A stretch of 64,000 bases of DNA from Parcubacteria group bacterium (GTDB taxonomy: Bacteria > Patescibacteriota > Patescibacteriia > Buchananbacterales > UBA6539): positions 14,629 through 78,628 of the forward strand of contig NYZP01000019.1 in the NCBI GenBank assembly GCA_002687175.1, in the 5' to 3' direction. Each line of letters opens with the position of its first letter. The first letter of the stretch is position 1. Made by a program: the position numbers and the translations under genes. Shown in pieces: positions 37,263 to 47,999 of the stretch. The notes beneath the pieces were generated by a model. It did no database searches, had not been told where the DNA came from, and saw only the letters and a list, made by a program, of their open reading frames with translations.

Positions 37263-39274
37263 AAATAATAGTCTTCATCGGGATCAGAACTGTTCCATTG
37301 TCCTAGAATTTTAAATAATTCGGGATCAGATAAAAGCTTATCCCAAAGAATTTTTTCTCTAGGGTAATAGGTATTATTATTTTTTAAAACGTACTTTATA
37401 TTTTTATCCTTAAACAGTGCCGATAGTTCTTCTACAGTTAGATCATCGTTATATTCTAAATCCGTTAGCAGATTAAAGCCAAAAGTGGTTATCCGGGCAA
37501 CATTATAGTCACCGTGCCAAGCTAAGTACTGAGTCTGGCGAGTCAGAATATAAAAATCATCCTTATTATTTGGATGAAGTTGATCCAAAATTTTTCTTGC
37601 TTCAACACCACCGTAATAAACGTGTTGTACTGGAAAATGGAAACCACCATGTCGAGGGTAATAGACAAACGACATTCCCCAGGAGTTTAAAAACAAAATG
37701 ATTATAATAAAAGCCATCAACCATGCAGCTTTTACCTTTTTTAGCATCGGAACTAATAAAACAAAAAATAAGAAAATTAAAATTGGGATCCAAACATTAA
37801 CCCAACTTTTATTAGCGACAAATCTTATTTTAAGAAAATATAGACTATAGGTAAAAAGTAATACTAATTTATAACGATCAGTATTTTTCCATATTGCCAC
37901 CGCCATAAATGGCAACAAAATAATTAATACTGTCAAAGCATTATTGGCTACCAAGTCAACAAAAAATTTAAGTGGTTCTAAAATTGTCTCAAATTTTGAG
38001 ATAAAAACACTTGATGAATCAACAACGGCTGTTGTTAAAATACCGAATATCGCTAAAAGCTGCAAACCAAGTAAGAACCACTTAGACTTAAGCTGTTGGA
38101 GATATAAAATACCATAAACCAACCAAAGGCCAAAAAAGGCATAATGCCAACGATCAATTGAAACCGAAGAAAAGAAAATTGTTAAAGTGGCAACAAAATA
38201 GATTATATTGAAAGAAAGATACTCCCATTTTTTATTTTTTATAAACCCCAAAAAACTTAAAATAATAATCGGGTATATAAAAAACATCTGTCTAAATGAA
38301 TAGATAACTCGATGTAAAGGCTGCAGTAATCTATCATCAAGAATAGTAAAAAGCCTTGAAGCATCAAAAATTTCATAATACTTACCCTTGAATATATCAT
38401 TAAATAGTGGAAAAACTGGATTCTCGTAAATTAAATAATTTCGGATGAACCAAAGTATTACTGGAGTACCTAAAAGTAAAGCATAAATGATAAATCTTTT
38501 TTTGTTTTTTGACTTCCAAAACATGTAGAGCAACAATAAACCCCACAACAGTCCTACCATCTTAGATAAAATAAGTAGGACAAAACTTAATATAACGATA
38601 AGTAAATCAAAGTTTGACTTTTGAATTTGATATTTCTCCCAAAAGTATAAAAAACAAGTAGCCGAAAAAATAATTAATGTTTCCTGCATTATATTCCAAC
38701 CACCCCAAAACCAAACCATTTCATTTGTCAAAAATAAAAGAACTAGAAATGCTAAGTTAGTCTTATTGATACCCTTCTCTTCCCCCCACTTGTAAATCAA
38801 ATACAATGTCAATGAGCCGAAAATAAATGGAATCCACATCAATGTTAACTCATTAAATGTGTTAAGAAGTAAAAAGGTGCTGGCTGACAGAATTGGTAAT
38901 AATGGCATACGGGCAAAATGATACAACTCTGTACCATAAGCAAAATCAACAAAGCCATTATTTTCAACAACTAGCCTAGCGTAAGGTAACCAATAGCCAG
39001 TAACATCACCGGAGAAAAAACCACGAAGCATCATTACTCCTAAGATACTTGCGGGAAATAAAACTAGAAAAATTAGCACCTTTTTATCAAAAACTATTTT
39101 TTTTCGAAATACGAATAGCAATAATAAAATGAAAAATAAAGAGAGTGAAACCGTAAAAAAATTAAGGATCCCTGCTAACCCAAAAATTAAATTTAATAAA
39201 AAGAAACTATAAACTAAAATTAGAAATGATTGAATGGTATCTAGGTTAGGTAATTTTTTAATAAAATTTTGCAT
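37247..39274 (-). CDS. large polytopic membrane protein, putative GT-C-type glycosyltransferase
   Basis: 675 aa. The N-terminal ~540 aa are highly hydrophobic and the C-terminal ~130 aa are a soluble domain rich in W/Y. Confidence 0.4.
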   Translation of the reverse strand: MQNFIKKLPNLDTIQSFLILVYSFFLLNLIFGLAGILNFFTVSLSLFFILLLLFVFRKKIVFDKKVLIFLVLFPASILGVMMLRGFFSGDVTGYWLPYARLVVENNGFVDFAYGTELYHFARMPLLPILSASTFLLLNTFNELTLMWIPFIFGSLTLYLIYKWGEEKGINKTNLAFLVLLFLTNEMVWFWGGWNIMQETLIIFSATCFLYFWEKYQIQKSNFDLLIVILSFVLLILSKMVGLLWGLLLLYMFWKSKNKKRFIIYALLLGTPVILWFIRNYLIYENPVFPLFNDIFKGKYYEIFDASRLFTILDDRLLQPLHRVIYSFRQMFFIYPIIILSFLGFIKNKKWEYLSFNIIYFVATLTIFFSSVSIDRWHYAFFGLWLVYGILYLQQLKSKWFLLGLQLLAIFGILTTAVVDSSSVFISKFETILEPLKFFVDLVANNALTVLIILLPFMAVAIWKNTDRYKLVLLFTYSLYFLKIRFVANKSWVNVWIPILIFLFFVLLVPMLKKVKAAWLMAFIIIILFLNSWGMSFVYYPRHGGFHFPVQHVYYGGVEARKILDQLHPNNKDDFYILTRQTQYLAWHGDYNVARITTFGFNLLTDLEYNDDLTVEELSALFKDKNIKYVLKNNNTYYPREKILWDKLLSDPELFKILGQWNSSDPDEDYYLWQIY

Positions 39275-39277
39275 AGG

Positions 39278-40057
39278 TTATCTAAAACTTTTGCCTAAAG
39301 ATCTAAATTTTTTAATTTCTTCTTTACCAGGATCGCTAAAATTTGTGCCATCAATTGGATCATTAGCTTTCGGCTCTACCTGATTTTGCTTAATTAGATT
39401 AACTGCTTTAATTAATAAATCTCCTCCTAAAGGAACCGTTTTTTTATAAAGGCTATCAACGGTCTCATTAGAAGAAATTGAAACCTCTTGTTGATTAATA
39501 ATTTTTCCGGAATCTATTTTATCATCAATATAATGAACAGTCACTCCAGTCTTAGTCTCTTGATTCAACAGCAGCCAAAAAGCAATATTTTTTCCTCGGT
39601 ACCTTGGTAACATAGAACCATGAACATTGATATTACCATGCTTTGCTTGTGATAACAAAGGTATTTTTAAAATCACCGGACAAGCGATTGATATAACTAT
39701 GTCAATTTCTAAATCTTTTAATTTATTCACAAACTGTTGATCATTAACGTTTGCCGGATAATGAATAGGTATTTTATTATCTTTAAAAATCTTAGCCACT
39801 GAATAATATTTTCTGATAGGAAAAATGTAACTAATTTTATTTAACAACTTGGCTTTCATAAAATCAAACACCTGAATAACAAAACTTCGTAAACCATATA
39901 ATTCAAAAAGTCCGGACATGACCTGAAAACTGGACTTCCTTGTATACCTTGGTAAAATTGCCACTCCCACAATTTCGGTTGCCAATGATCTTACTACTTT
40001 CTCTATTGATAAAGGTAAGTAGAATGGTTCATCTTGGGTGATTATAAAAATTTTCAT
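39278..40057 (-). CDS. formyltransferase-domain protein (ArnA N-domain/Fmt-like sugar N-formyltransferase)
   Basis: HGSMLPRYRGKNIAFWLLLN...GVTVHYIDDKIDSGKII carries the formyl_trans_N signature (SLLP-x-xRG, H...D). Confidence 0.65.
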   Translation of the reverse strand: MKIFIITQDEPFYLPLSIEKVVRSLATEIVGVAILPRYTRKSSFQVMSGLFELYGLRSFVIQVFDFMKAKLLNKISYIFPIRKYYSVAKIFKDNKIPIHYPANVNDQQFVNKLKDLEIDIVISIACPVILKIPLLSQAKHGNINVHGSMLPRYRGKNIAFWLLLNQETKTGVTVHYIDDKIDSGKIINQQEVSISSNETVDSLYKKTVPLGGDLLIKAVNLIKQNQVEPKANDPIDGTNFSDPGKEEIKKFRSLGKSFR

Positions 40058-40851
40058 CTCAATTTTGTTTGGTAATCGTTAGCTAATTCAGAAATGGCAG
40101 CTGACTTGTAACCCTGAGCCAAAATATATTTAATAAATTTCTCTAAAATTTTTAATCCTTTGCCCTGATTCCTAATATAAAAAATTCTTTGCAAAAGTGG
40201 TAATTTTTGTTTACCAGCGATTTTACTTAAATTATGGAGATGAAAATCAAATATTAAAACGTGTGGCAAACCAAGAAGCTTTAAAATAATTTTGTAAACA
40301 TGCCAACCTAAAAATTGAATGTAACTCTGAGAAATTGGAAACCTAAGCTTTGGAGTAACGGCAAAAGGAAACTCTAAAATTCCATTTGTCTGTTTAAAAG
40401 GTACCATTGGTGAACTGGCGTTATTAAACACTCCTGGTCGATAAAATGGGAATAAGCTAAAATTATTTTTAAAACCAAATTCTTTCAGGACATCAAGATC
40501 TTGGTCAGTAAAATATCCTTGAGGAAAACGATAATGCTCTGGCGGACTGTTGAAATAATTAATAAAAGCCTGCTGAGACTTTTGAACTTCTTCTCGAGTC
40601 TCTGCCAGGCTATTTTTTTTACCAGATATATGATAATAAGAATGCACTCCAAAATCACATCCAAATTTTTGCAATTTACTGATAACTTCAGGATATTCAT
40701 CAATTAAATGCCCAGAAAGAAATACCGAAAGTTTAATATTATATTTTTTAAAAAGATTCAGTAAAGGATCTATGTTTTCTGCTGCCGTAAAAGTGTCTAA
40801 CCAACCATAATCTTTTTCTAAATCTAAGGTGAAACAAACTAATTTTTCCAT
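40054..40851 (-). CDS. NodB-type polysaccharide deacetylase/deformylase (ArnD-like)
   Basis: FTLDLEKDYG (Asp motif) and HSYYH (His motif) of the carbohydrate esterase 4 fold. It overlaps the formyltransferase gene by 4 bp. Confidence 0.6.
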   Translation of the reverse strand: MEKLVCFTLDLEKDYGWLDTFTAAENIDPLLNLFKKYNIKLSVFLSGHLIDEYPEVISKLQKFGCDFGVHSYYHISGKKNSLAETREEVQKSQQAFINYFNSPPEHYRFPQGYFTDQDLDVLKEFGFKNNFSLFPFYRPGVFNNASSPMVPFKQTNGILEFPFAVTPKLRFPISQSYIQFLGWHVYKIILKLLGLPHVLIFDFHLHNLSKIAGKQKLPLLQRIFYIRNQGKGLKILEKFIKYILAQGYKSAAISELANDYQTKLR

Positions 40852-40935
40852 AAATTACATTCTTATACTTTCTTTTTACCACCCTACCAATTAATATCTC
40901 AGACAAAATCAGCAATTATTTGATTTGCTTTATAT

Positions 40936-41154
40936 TTATTTATTGACTGCTTGATCTTCACCATTCCATTCTTTTATTTTTTTTGTTTGATTGTCTACCG
41001 CTTTATTATAACTGTTGCAATTTTCTGCTGTCCAATGCACGGCATCATCTGAAAAAACATGGATTTTATCTAACTTAATTGCTTCAACAACAGCTTTAGA
41101 TATTTCCTCGACTGAACTATTGGGATATTTAGCCTTCAGCTCCTTTAAAGTCAT
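40936..41154 (-). CDS. small hypothetical protein
   Basis: 72 aa ORF filling the gap between the deacetylase gene and the radical SAM gene. No motif. Confidence 0.35.
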   Translation of the reverse strand: MTLKELKAKYPNSSVEEISKAVVEAIKLDKIHVFSDDAVHWTAENCNSYNKAVDNQTKKIKEWNGEDQAVNK

Positions 41155-41156
41155 AC

Positions 41157-42593
41157 TCAGTTACATTTTTTAATTTCTTGTTTCCACTCAAACATACGAC
41201 GTATAAGGCCATACAGCCCTCTGCTATAAGCTTTAAACTCACCCCAGGTTTTAATTCTAGAAATCATTTCAAATACTTTCTTTGGCCGAAAATAAAACTG
41301 TTTAAAAGCACTATTAGTATAGTCTTGAAGTTCTTGACTGGAAACATCACAAATATCTGCCATTGGAACGACACCTTTTGGTACAAAATCATCCCAATTA
41401 GTGGCATTGTCTAAATGTTTGTAATGAGTGGTATATACTTCTGTACCAGGAAAAGGTATGAGGCGATTAAATGAGGCTATCGTTGGGTTAACCTCTTTTG
41501 CAAAATCAATAGTTTGCTCAACAGTTTGTTTTGTTTCACCAGGAGCACCTAAAATAAAAGAGGCGATAGTTTTAAAACCAAGTTCATTTGACCTTTGAAC
41601 AGCCCAACGAATTTGATCAAGAGTTGTTCCCTTTTTAAAATTATTTAAGATGTCTTGATTACCAGATTCAATGCCATATAAGATACTAAAACAACCGGCT
41701 CTTCTCATCAACTTTAACATTTCTTCATTAATGGTATTCACTCTAGAAAAGCAGTACCAATCAATTTTCAATTGACGATCAATTATTCCTTGACAAATTT
41801 CCGTTGTCCTTTCTTTATTTACGGTAAAAGTGTCATCAACAAAAATAATATATTCAACTCCATATTCCTTCATTACGTACTCTATTTGGTCTAACATATA
41901 TTTAGGGCTATGATATCTAAAAGAGTAACCTAAAGTTTTCCACGAAGCGCAAAATGTACACCTTGCTGGACAGCCACGACTAGATATTAAAGTAATTGAT
42001 TTTTTACCCCTATCTAAATGGACATTTGGTCGATAATTATTAATATCAACAAGTTCCCAAGCAGGATATGGCAAATCGTCCAGCTCTTGAATTAATTGAC
42101 GAGCTTCTGTCACTACAATCTCACCATCTTTGTTTTTATAAACGAGCCCTTTAACATCAGAAAAATCCCGTGAGCCACTTTCATATTTTTTAACAATATC
42201 AAGTATGGTGTAATCTGACTCAGCAATTGATATTAAATCAAATTGTGGAAAATTTTTGGCTATTTGAGTTGGTACTGATGAGGCGTGAATACCACCTAGG
42301 ACAGTAAAAGTACCTAATTCTTCCTTGATTAATTCCGCCATTTTAGATGCCCCTTTAAAATTTGCTGTCATACAGGTGATACCAATAATTTCAGGATTTT
42401 TTGCTCGTAAGTAAGTAAGTATTTCTTCCTTACCCATATTATATATTTCCGGCTCAAAGATTGATACCTCATGACCCTCTCTCTTTAAAACAGCTGCTAA
42501 ATAACCAATACCAATGGGAAAAGTATAATTAGGACCAACATTTAATGATCCGTATATATCAAGATATGGAGCTTGGATTAAGACTACCTTCAT
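41157..42593 (-). CDS. B12-binding domain radical SAM enzyme, paralog 3
   Basis: VVLIQAP...IIGITCMT B12-binding region, then CPARCTFC. Confidence 0.75.
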   Translation of the reverse strand: MKVVLIQAPYLDIYGSLNVGPNYTFPIGIGYLAAVLKREGHEVSIFEPEIYNMGKEEILTYLRAKNPEIIGITCMTANFKGASKMAELIKEELGTFTVLGGIHASSVPTQIAKNFPQFDLISIAESDYTILDIVKKYESGSRDFSDVKGLVYKNKDGEIVVTEARQLIQELDDLPYPAWELVDINNYRPNVHLDRGKKSITLISSRGCPARCTFCASWKTLGYSFRYHSPKYMLDQIEYVMKEYGVEYIIFVDDTFTVNKERTTEICQGIIDRQLKIDWYCFSRVNTINEEMLKLMRRAGCFSILYGIESGNQDILNNFKKGTTLDQIRWAVQRSNELGFKTIASFILGAPGETKQTVEQTIDFAKEVNPTIASFNRLIPFPGTEVYTTHYKHLDNATNWDDFVPKGVVPMADICDVSSQELQDYTNSAFKQFYFRPKKVFEMISRIKTWGEFKAYSRGLYGLIRRMFEWKQEIKKCN

Positions 42594-42598
42594 ATTTT

Positions 42599-43468
42599 TT
42601 ATTTTTCCCGCCTTAATGATGCCAACTGATCAGCCAATAATCCATTAAAAAATAAAATAACACCAGTTAATATTATAAGGATGCCAGAATTTGGCATACG
42701 ACCAAAAATGACAATACCATTGACCGAGAACAGTAAACCAAAAATAGTTAAAAATAAACTAATTGGCATAAATATTTTAAGTGGATTAAACAACATAATA
42801 ACTCTTAAAATTAATAGAATTGTTTTAAAACCATCTCTAAAATATTTAACGGAACTGTGACTACCTGGTTTTCTTTCTTGAATATGGATTGGAACATAAC
42901 CAACGTTAAGACCTTCTTTGAAAAAAGCTAAAGTGATTGTTGTTGACAAAGAAAATGAATTAGGCAAGATATGAACAAACTTTAAAAATAAATCTTTTTT
43001 AACAACTCTTAATCCTGAATTTAAATCAGGAATTTTTTTATCAACTAATACATTAGCTATCAACTGTAATATTTTCTTACCGGGCATTCTAGATTTTGGA
43101 CCTTTATACTCAACCCGAGAACCAACGACCATATCAAACTGATCAATTTTTTCTAACACCGGTTGCAAAATTTCGGCTTGATGCTGGCCATCACCATCAA
43201 AAAATAATACCCAATCATATTTAGAATTTTTTACACCAGTTTTCAATGATGCACCATAACCCTTATTATAAGGATGATTAATTAATCTGACAGGTTTAGA
43301 CTTTACTAATTCTGCTGTCTTGTCAGCTGAAGCATCATTAACAATGATAATCTCATGTTTATAATCTTTAAAAAAATTATTTAAGTTATCAATAACTCCT
43401 GAGATTGCTTTTTCTTCATTGTAGGCAGGAACAATAACTGAAATTCCCTGATTTTTAAAACTCATCAT
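42599..43468 (-). CDS. GT2 polyprenyl-phosphate sugar synthase (DPM1-like) with C-terminal TM helices
   Basis: ISVIVPAYNEEKAISGVI...VNDASADKT. Two C-terminal TM helices. Confidence 0.75.
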   Translation of the reverse strand: MMSFKNQGISVIVPAYNEEKAISGVIDNLNNFFKDYKHEIIIVNDASADKTAELVKSKPVRLINHPYNKGYGASLKTGVKNSKYDWVLFFDGDGQHQAEILQPVLEKIDQFDMVVGSRVEYKGPKSRMPGKKILQLIANVLVDKKIPDLNSGLRVVKKDLFLKFVHILPNSFSLSTTITLAFFKEGLNVGYVPIHIQERKPGSHSSVKYFRDGFKTILLILRVIMLFNPLKIFMPISLFLTIFGLLFSVNGIVIFGRMPNSGILIILTGVILFFNGLLADQLASLRREK

Positions 43469-44433
43469 ATAAAATCAATATTAGACTCACGGTCAGGATG
43501 TTTAATATGATAAAGTAATTTATTTATTTCATGATCTTTGCAACATACTTGGCAATCATTATCAACTAATTTACAAGCTTTAATCTTTTTTCTTTTATCT
43601 GATTTCCAGATATCAAGAAAACTGTGTTCATTCAAATTACCAAAAATATATGGCTCCTTACCAAGCTTGTACATGCAAACATTGACATCACCTCGAAAAT
43701 CGATTACTGGACAAAAATTATGGCCGTAGCAGGTATCATAAGTTCTAGGTTTTGTAGCATCTTCAAATTTATATTCTGATAAAATGATTTTAAAATTTTC
43801 GTCTTCTAATTCTTTCAGCTTATAAGGTATTTCAAGATTCTTCTGTTTATCATAGGTTTTGGCTAAAGCTGGTCTAACTTGAAAATAATAAACTCCTAAC
43901 TCTTTGGCTTGTTTGGCATATTCATAAGCTTTTGGATAACTTTCTTCAGTAACATTTAAACAAATACCTATTGGTGTTTTACTGCTGGTATATTCTTTGA
44001 GTAATTTACGATCAATACCATCCATAAATTTCTCGGTTAAAGAAATACGAATCCAATCATAAAATTCTGGATTTATTCTATTTTTTTCGTAACTTAAAGC
44101 ATTAGTAAAAAGTCCTTGAGAAAAACCAAGTTTATGAGCAGTTTCATTAAATTCGTTAATATTTGGATGTAGAGTTGGTTCTCCTCCACCAGTCCAGGAA
44201 ATAGCTTTAATACCCATTGAAGCCATGTCAGATAAGGTTCTAAGCATTACATCTTTATTAATACCGTCACCGCTATGAGTACCACCATAAAAACACCACG
44301 GACATTTAGCATTACAGTAGTTTGTTGGTGAAATCTCGATTAGTACCGGTACGTTATCGCCTGTTTTTAACCAGTCATTAACACGATCCCAATTCCAGAG
44401 TAATTTCATTTGCGGATTAAAGGTAACTTTCAT
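43465..44433 (-). CDS. radical SAM protein (non-B12) with Cys-rich C-terminus
   Basis: SPTNYCNAKCPWC (CxxxCxxC). C-terminal CQVCCKDH cluster. 322 aa. Confidence 0.65.
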   Translation of the reverse strand: MKVTFNPQMKLLWNWDRVNDWLKTGDNVPVLIEISPTNYCNAKCPWCFYGGTHSGDGINKDVMLRTLSDMASMGIKAISWTGGGEPTLHPNINEFNETAHKLGFSQGLFTNALSYEKNRINPEFYDWIRISLTEKFMDGIDRKLLKEYTSSKTPIGICLNVTEESYPKAYEYAKQAKELGVYYFQVRPALAKTYDKQKNLEIPYKLKELEDENFKIILSEYKFEDATKPRTYDTCYGHNFCPVIDFRGDVNVCMYKLGKEPYIFGNLNEHSFLDIWKSDKRKKIKACKLVDNDCQVCCKDHEINKLLYHIKHPDRESNIDFI

Positions 44434-45208
44434 GTATGTATTCTTTTAAAGCTAATTTATAAGATCTTAAGTGTTTAGTTTTAATTGATGAGTCTTTAAC
44501 TCTCGGGGCAATTTCTTTGAAGTTATTATTGATAAAAAATTTATGTTTTTTCCCTAAAATATTTGCTATTTCGTTAGCTAGTTGCCAACGGGTGACCCGA
44601 CCTTGATTACCAACTTCATAAATCCCAAACTGTTTATTTTGATATTTTTTCCAACAAAAATCTATTAGATCTTTAATATAAGTTGGCGAGCTATACCGAT
44701 TATTAGTAAGTTCTATCCGGTGTCCAGTTTTTAAAGATTTCAGTAAAAATCCTACAAAATTTTTATCCTTATGTTTTCCGCCACCAAACAGTAAGTCCGT
44801 CCGAAAAACAAAAAACTTTTTATAAATTTTTTTATTAAATAACTTAACTGATAGATATTTAGTAACTGCGTAAACATTTATCAAATCTTTATCTTGGGTA
44901 GACCCAAAATGCATCAGGGGAACATTTTTTTGTTGACAGATTTTTAACAGATTAGCTGGGCCTAAAAAATTTGTTTTTACTGCTTGTTTAGGATTTTTTT
45001 CACAGTAATCTATATTACTAATAGCAGCACAGTTTATTACTAGATCTATTCCTTTTTTAATATACTGTTTCACCTCTGGTAACTCAGCAATGTCACACTC
45101 TTTTTGTGTAGGTAAAATCAATTCATAGTCTTTGTCAAGAAACCTTACAAACTCACTACCCAACATACCATTACTACCGAAAATCAAAATCTTTTTATTT
45201 TTTACCAT
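44417..45208 (-). CDS. dTDP-4-dehydrorhamnose reductase (RmlD)-like NAD(P)-dependent reductase
   Basis: KILIFGSNGMLGSEF Rossmann motif. A YxxxK region (YAVTKYLSVK). 263 aa. Confidence 0.55.
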   Translation of the reverse strand: MVKNKKILIFGSNGMLGSEFVRFLDKDYELILPTQKECDIAELPEVKQYIKKGIDLVINCAAISNIDYCEKNPKQAVKTNFLGPANLLKICQQKNVPLMHFGSTQDKDLINVYAVTKYLSVKLFNKKIYKKFFVFRTDLLFGGGKHKDKNFVGFLLKSLKTGHRIELTNNRYSSPTYIKDLIDFCWKKYQNKQFGIYEVGNQGRVTRWQLANEIANILGKKHKFFINNNFKEIAPRVKDSSIKTKHLRSYKLALKEYIHESYL

Positions 45209-46774
45209 CTAGGTAACCCGCGCTTCCTTCTGGGTCAATACTTGAAACAAAAATTTTATTCTTTCGGCAAACTTCAAAATTGAACCACTAAATAAATATA
45301 CCAATATTCCTTTAGAAGCTAACAAGCGCTCATTGGTCTTATTAAAAAAACTTCTTTTTTCTGGATCACCAATTCGAAAAATATGCTGTCTGATTAATAC
45401 TCGACTTAAATAATGATCATTATATCTTAAAGATTCTTTAATAAGATGTGGTAAAACAGTCTCGTGAGGAATATTTTCAAATAATGGAATGTGTGTTGGC
45501 GTTGACATTAAATAGTTACGCTTGTCTTCAAACGGTTCAACCCAACTAAAATTCATTTGATTTCTTCTTTCAGCTACTTTTTCTAATTCAGCACCAGGAT
45601 AAATTCTTAAAGCGCCAATACCACCAGCTTCAATCAAATACTTTCTTAATTTTTTATGTAATCTGACATTTTCTGAAACATCATCGAGGGTCTCACCAGG
45701 AGTGGAAATTAAAATACCACCACGAACAATAATTTTATTTCTGTTGAGAGTTTCGAGACACTTAAAAGTTTGATCTATACCAATCTTTTTCTTCATTAGC
45801 TTCAAAGAATTGTTGCTTAAATTTTCTATACCTAAGGTAATCATTCGGCAACCACTTTCGTAAAGTTTCTTAGCTGTTTCATCATCAACTGAATCAATCC
45901 TAGCCAAGCAAGCATAACGTATTCGACTGTCTAGATTCTTTAGACCGTCGGCTAACTCATGAAACCATTTTTTATTGGCGATTAAATGATCGTCCTGAAA
46001 AACAAAATCGGTGATTCCTTGATCTAAAAAATACTTTACTTGCTTTAAACAATTTTCTACTTTTAATGTTCTTAATGTTCTGGTCCACATTGCTTCGGCT
46101 GAACAAAAGACACAGTTAAACGGACAACCACGAGAAAAAATTAAATTAGCCATTGGCTTTTCAGTTTTGTTCTGACGAACAATGGACATCTTATCTAAGT
46201 CATCATATTCTTCTTCCTGTGGAATATAAGATTTATACTTATGATTGTTAGCCAGTGAGAAATCCGGCATTGGCAAGTCATTCAAATCTTTGACAGCATC
46301 TTGAGCAGGGTTAATAATTGTCTTACCATTTTCTCGATAAGTTATACCCTTAACTTCCGCCATTGACCTTTTGCCTTCTAAAACTTCAAATAACTGAACA
46401 ATTGTTTTCTCACCTTCACCGCGAATTGCCACATCAACATAATCTAACTTATCAATAATATCTCGGTGAACCATGGTGGGAAAAGGACCACCCAGTACCA
46501 CCAGTGACTGCGGACGCGCTGCTTTGGCAAGCTTAGCCGTGTCAAAAGCGGCAATGCGGTCTTCAACATTAAAAGATATTCCAATAACGTCTGGCTTAAA
46601 ATCTTTGACCATGCCTTGAAACTCTTCTGGGCTTGGATTATCCAAATAAGCATCCATATACTTAACCTCCGCGCCATACTGTTTGGCAACCGTGGCTATA
46701 CTGAGCATGCCAATTGGGCTTAAAATGTGCTTTTCGCCATAATACCCTATTGGATTTGTAATAAAAAAACGCAT
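45209..46774 (-). CDS. B12-binding domain radical SAM enzyme, paralog 4
   Basis: B12-binding N-terminal region, then CPFNCVFC. 521 aa. Confidence 0.75.
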   Translation of the reverse strand: MRFFITNPIGYYGEKHILSPIGMLSIATVAKQYGAEVKYMDAYLDNPSPEEFQGMVKDFKPDVIGISFNVEDRIAAFDTAKLAKAARPQSLVVLGGPFPTMVHRDIIDKLDYVDVAIRGEGEKTIVQLFEVLEGKRSMAEVKGITYRENGKTIINPAQDAVKDLNDLPMPDFSLANNHKYKSYIPQEEEYDDLDKMSIVRQNKTEKPMANLIFSRGCPFNCVFCSAEAMWTRTLRTLKVENCLKQVKYFLDQGITDFVFQDDHLIANKKWFHELADGLKNLDSRIRYACLARIDSVDDETAKKLYESGCRMITLGIENLSNNSLKLMKKKIGIDQTFKCLETLNRNKIIVRGGILISTPGETLDDVSENVRLHKKLRKYLIEAGGIGALRIYPGAELEKVAERRNQMNFSWVEPFEDKRNYLMSTPTHIPLFENIPHETVLPHLIKESLRYNDHYLSRVLIRQHIFRIGDPEKRSFFNKTNERLLASKGILVYLFSGSILKFAERIKFLFQVLTQKEARVT

Positions 46775-46778
46775 ATTG

Positions 46779-47999
46779 TTAAGAATTTCTTAATAATAAC
46801 GAAGAATAAGAATCTCTGATTCTTAAAGCTAATTGGCTAAAATTAGTATTTTTCTCGACAAATTGACGAGCATTTTTGCCGAATTGTGATATATGAGAAG
46901 GATATAAGATAAAATGCTCCATGGCTTTAGATAACTCCTCTATATTACCATGATTTATAGAAATTCCAAGACCACTATTCTCAAAGTTAATTGTATCATA
47001 CTTCTTTGATAAAATCACTGGTTTTCCCATTGCCATGGCCTCGATATGGACTTTATAAATACCAAATTGACCCAAGGCATCAGACACGAAAACATCACAA
47101 ACAGCATAATAGTCAAGTCGTCTATTTCCGACTACTTTTCCGACAAATTCGATTTTTTTATTATCTCCAGCTAATTTTTTAAAATCAGCTTCACTTGAAG
47201 GGGCTCCTTCACCAGCAATAATTAATTTAACATTTTTATATTTTTGACAAAGTAAATTAAAGGCTTGAATAACATAATGGAGACCTTTTCTCTTTGATAG
47301 CATACCTAAAAATAAAAAAGTAATAGCTTTATTATCTTTTTCTATATTAGACTTGTAATCTAAATTAAATTTTTCAGCATTAACTGCCATGGGGAAAAAA
47401 ACAAAATCAGATTTATAACCCTTAGCTTTTAAGTCATCAATAATTTTTGTTTCCCTAACAGCGTACAAATCAACGCCGCGAGGAAACTTTTCATCAGGAA
47501 TAAAAATTTTGTAAAAGTAATGAGAAAACTTATTAAATATTTTTTCTAATAGGCCATACTTAGGTTGTGGCAAAGAAATTTCTTCCCATTTTTTTTGACG
47601 GTCATAATTAATGTCGTCAAGAAACTCTTTATCTTCATAATCGTACGGTAGGTCAGCAGTTGAAACAAATGGTCTAAGTTTAAATCGACTAAAAGGATGA
47701 GGACCATTAGTTGGTATTAAATGAATAATATCTATTTTTTTAAAAAATATTAATGGCAGGGAATAAAAAAATGTTTTTAGCATATATGGTTTAGTGAAAT
47801 TAGGAATTTTTTGACACCCCGGAACTGTATAAACTTTAATATTAGGATGAAGCTTGGACTCTTTAATCTCGGTAAAGCAAGACACTACATAAATTTTAAT
47901 ACCTAGCTTGGCCAGTTCATGTGATAACCCCCAAGCACCTTGGACCTCCCCGCCAACATGGATGTCAGAAAATATGTGTGTGATAAATAAAATTCTCAT
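46779..47999 (-). CDS. GT4 family glycosyltransferase
   Basis: Two-domain GT-B layout. A C-terminal block HIEAMAMGKPVILS ends in an acidic/G-rich region. Confidence 0.7.
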   Translation of the reverse strand: MRILFITHIFSDIHVGGEVQGAWGLSHELAKLGIKIYVVSCFTEIKESKLHPNIKVYTVPGCQKIPNFTKPYMLKTFFYSLPLIFFKKIDIIHLIPTNGPHPFSRFKLRPFVSTADLPYDYEDKEFLDDINYDRQKKWEEISLPQPKYGLLEKIFNKFSHYFYKIFIPDEKFPRGVDLYAVRETKIIDDLKAKGYKSDFVFFPMAVNAEKFNLDYKSNIEKDNKAITFLFLGMLSKRKGLHYVIQAFNLLCQKYKNVKLIIAGEGAPSSEADFKKLAGDNKKIEFVGKVVGNRRLDYYAVCDVFVSDALGQFGIYKVHIEAMAMGKPVILSKKYDTINFENSGLGISINHGNIEELSKAMEHFILYPSHISQFGKNARQFVEKNTNFSQLALRIRDSYSSLLLRNS

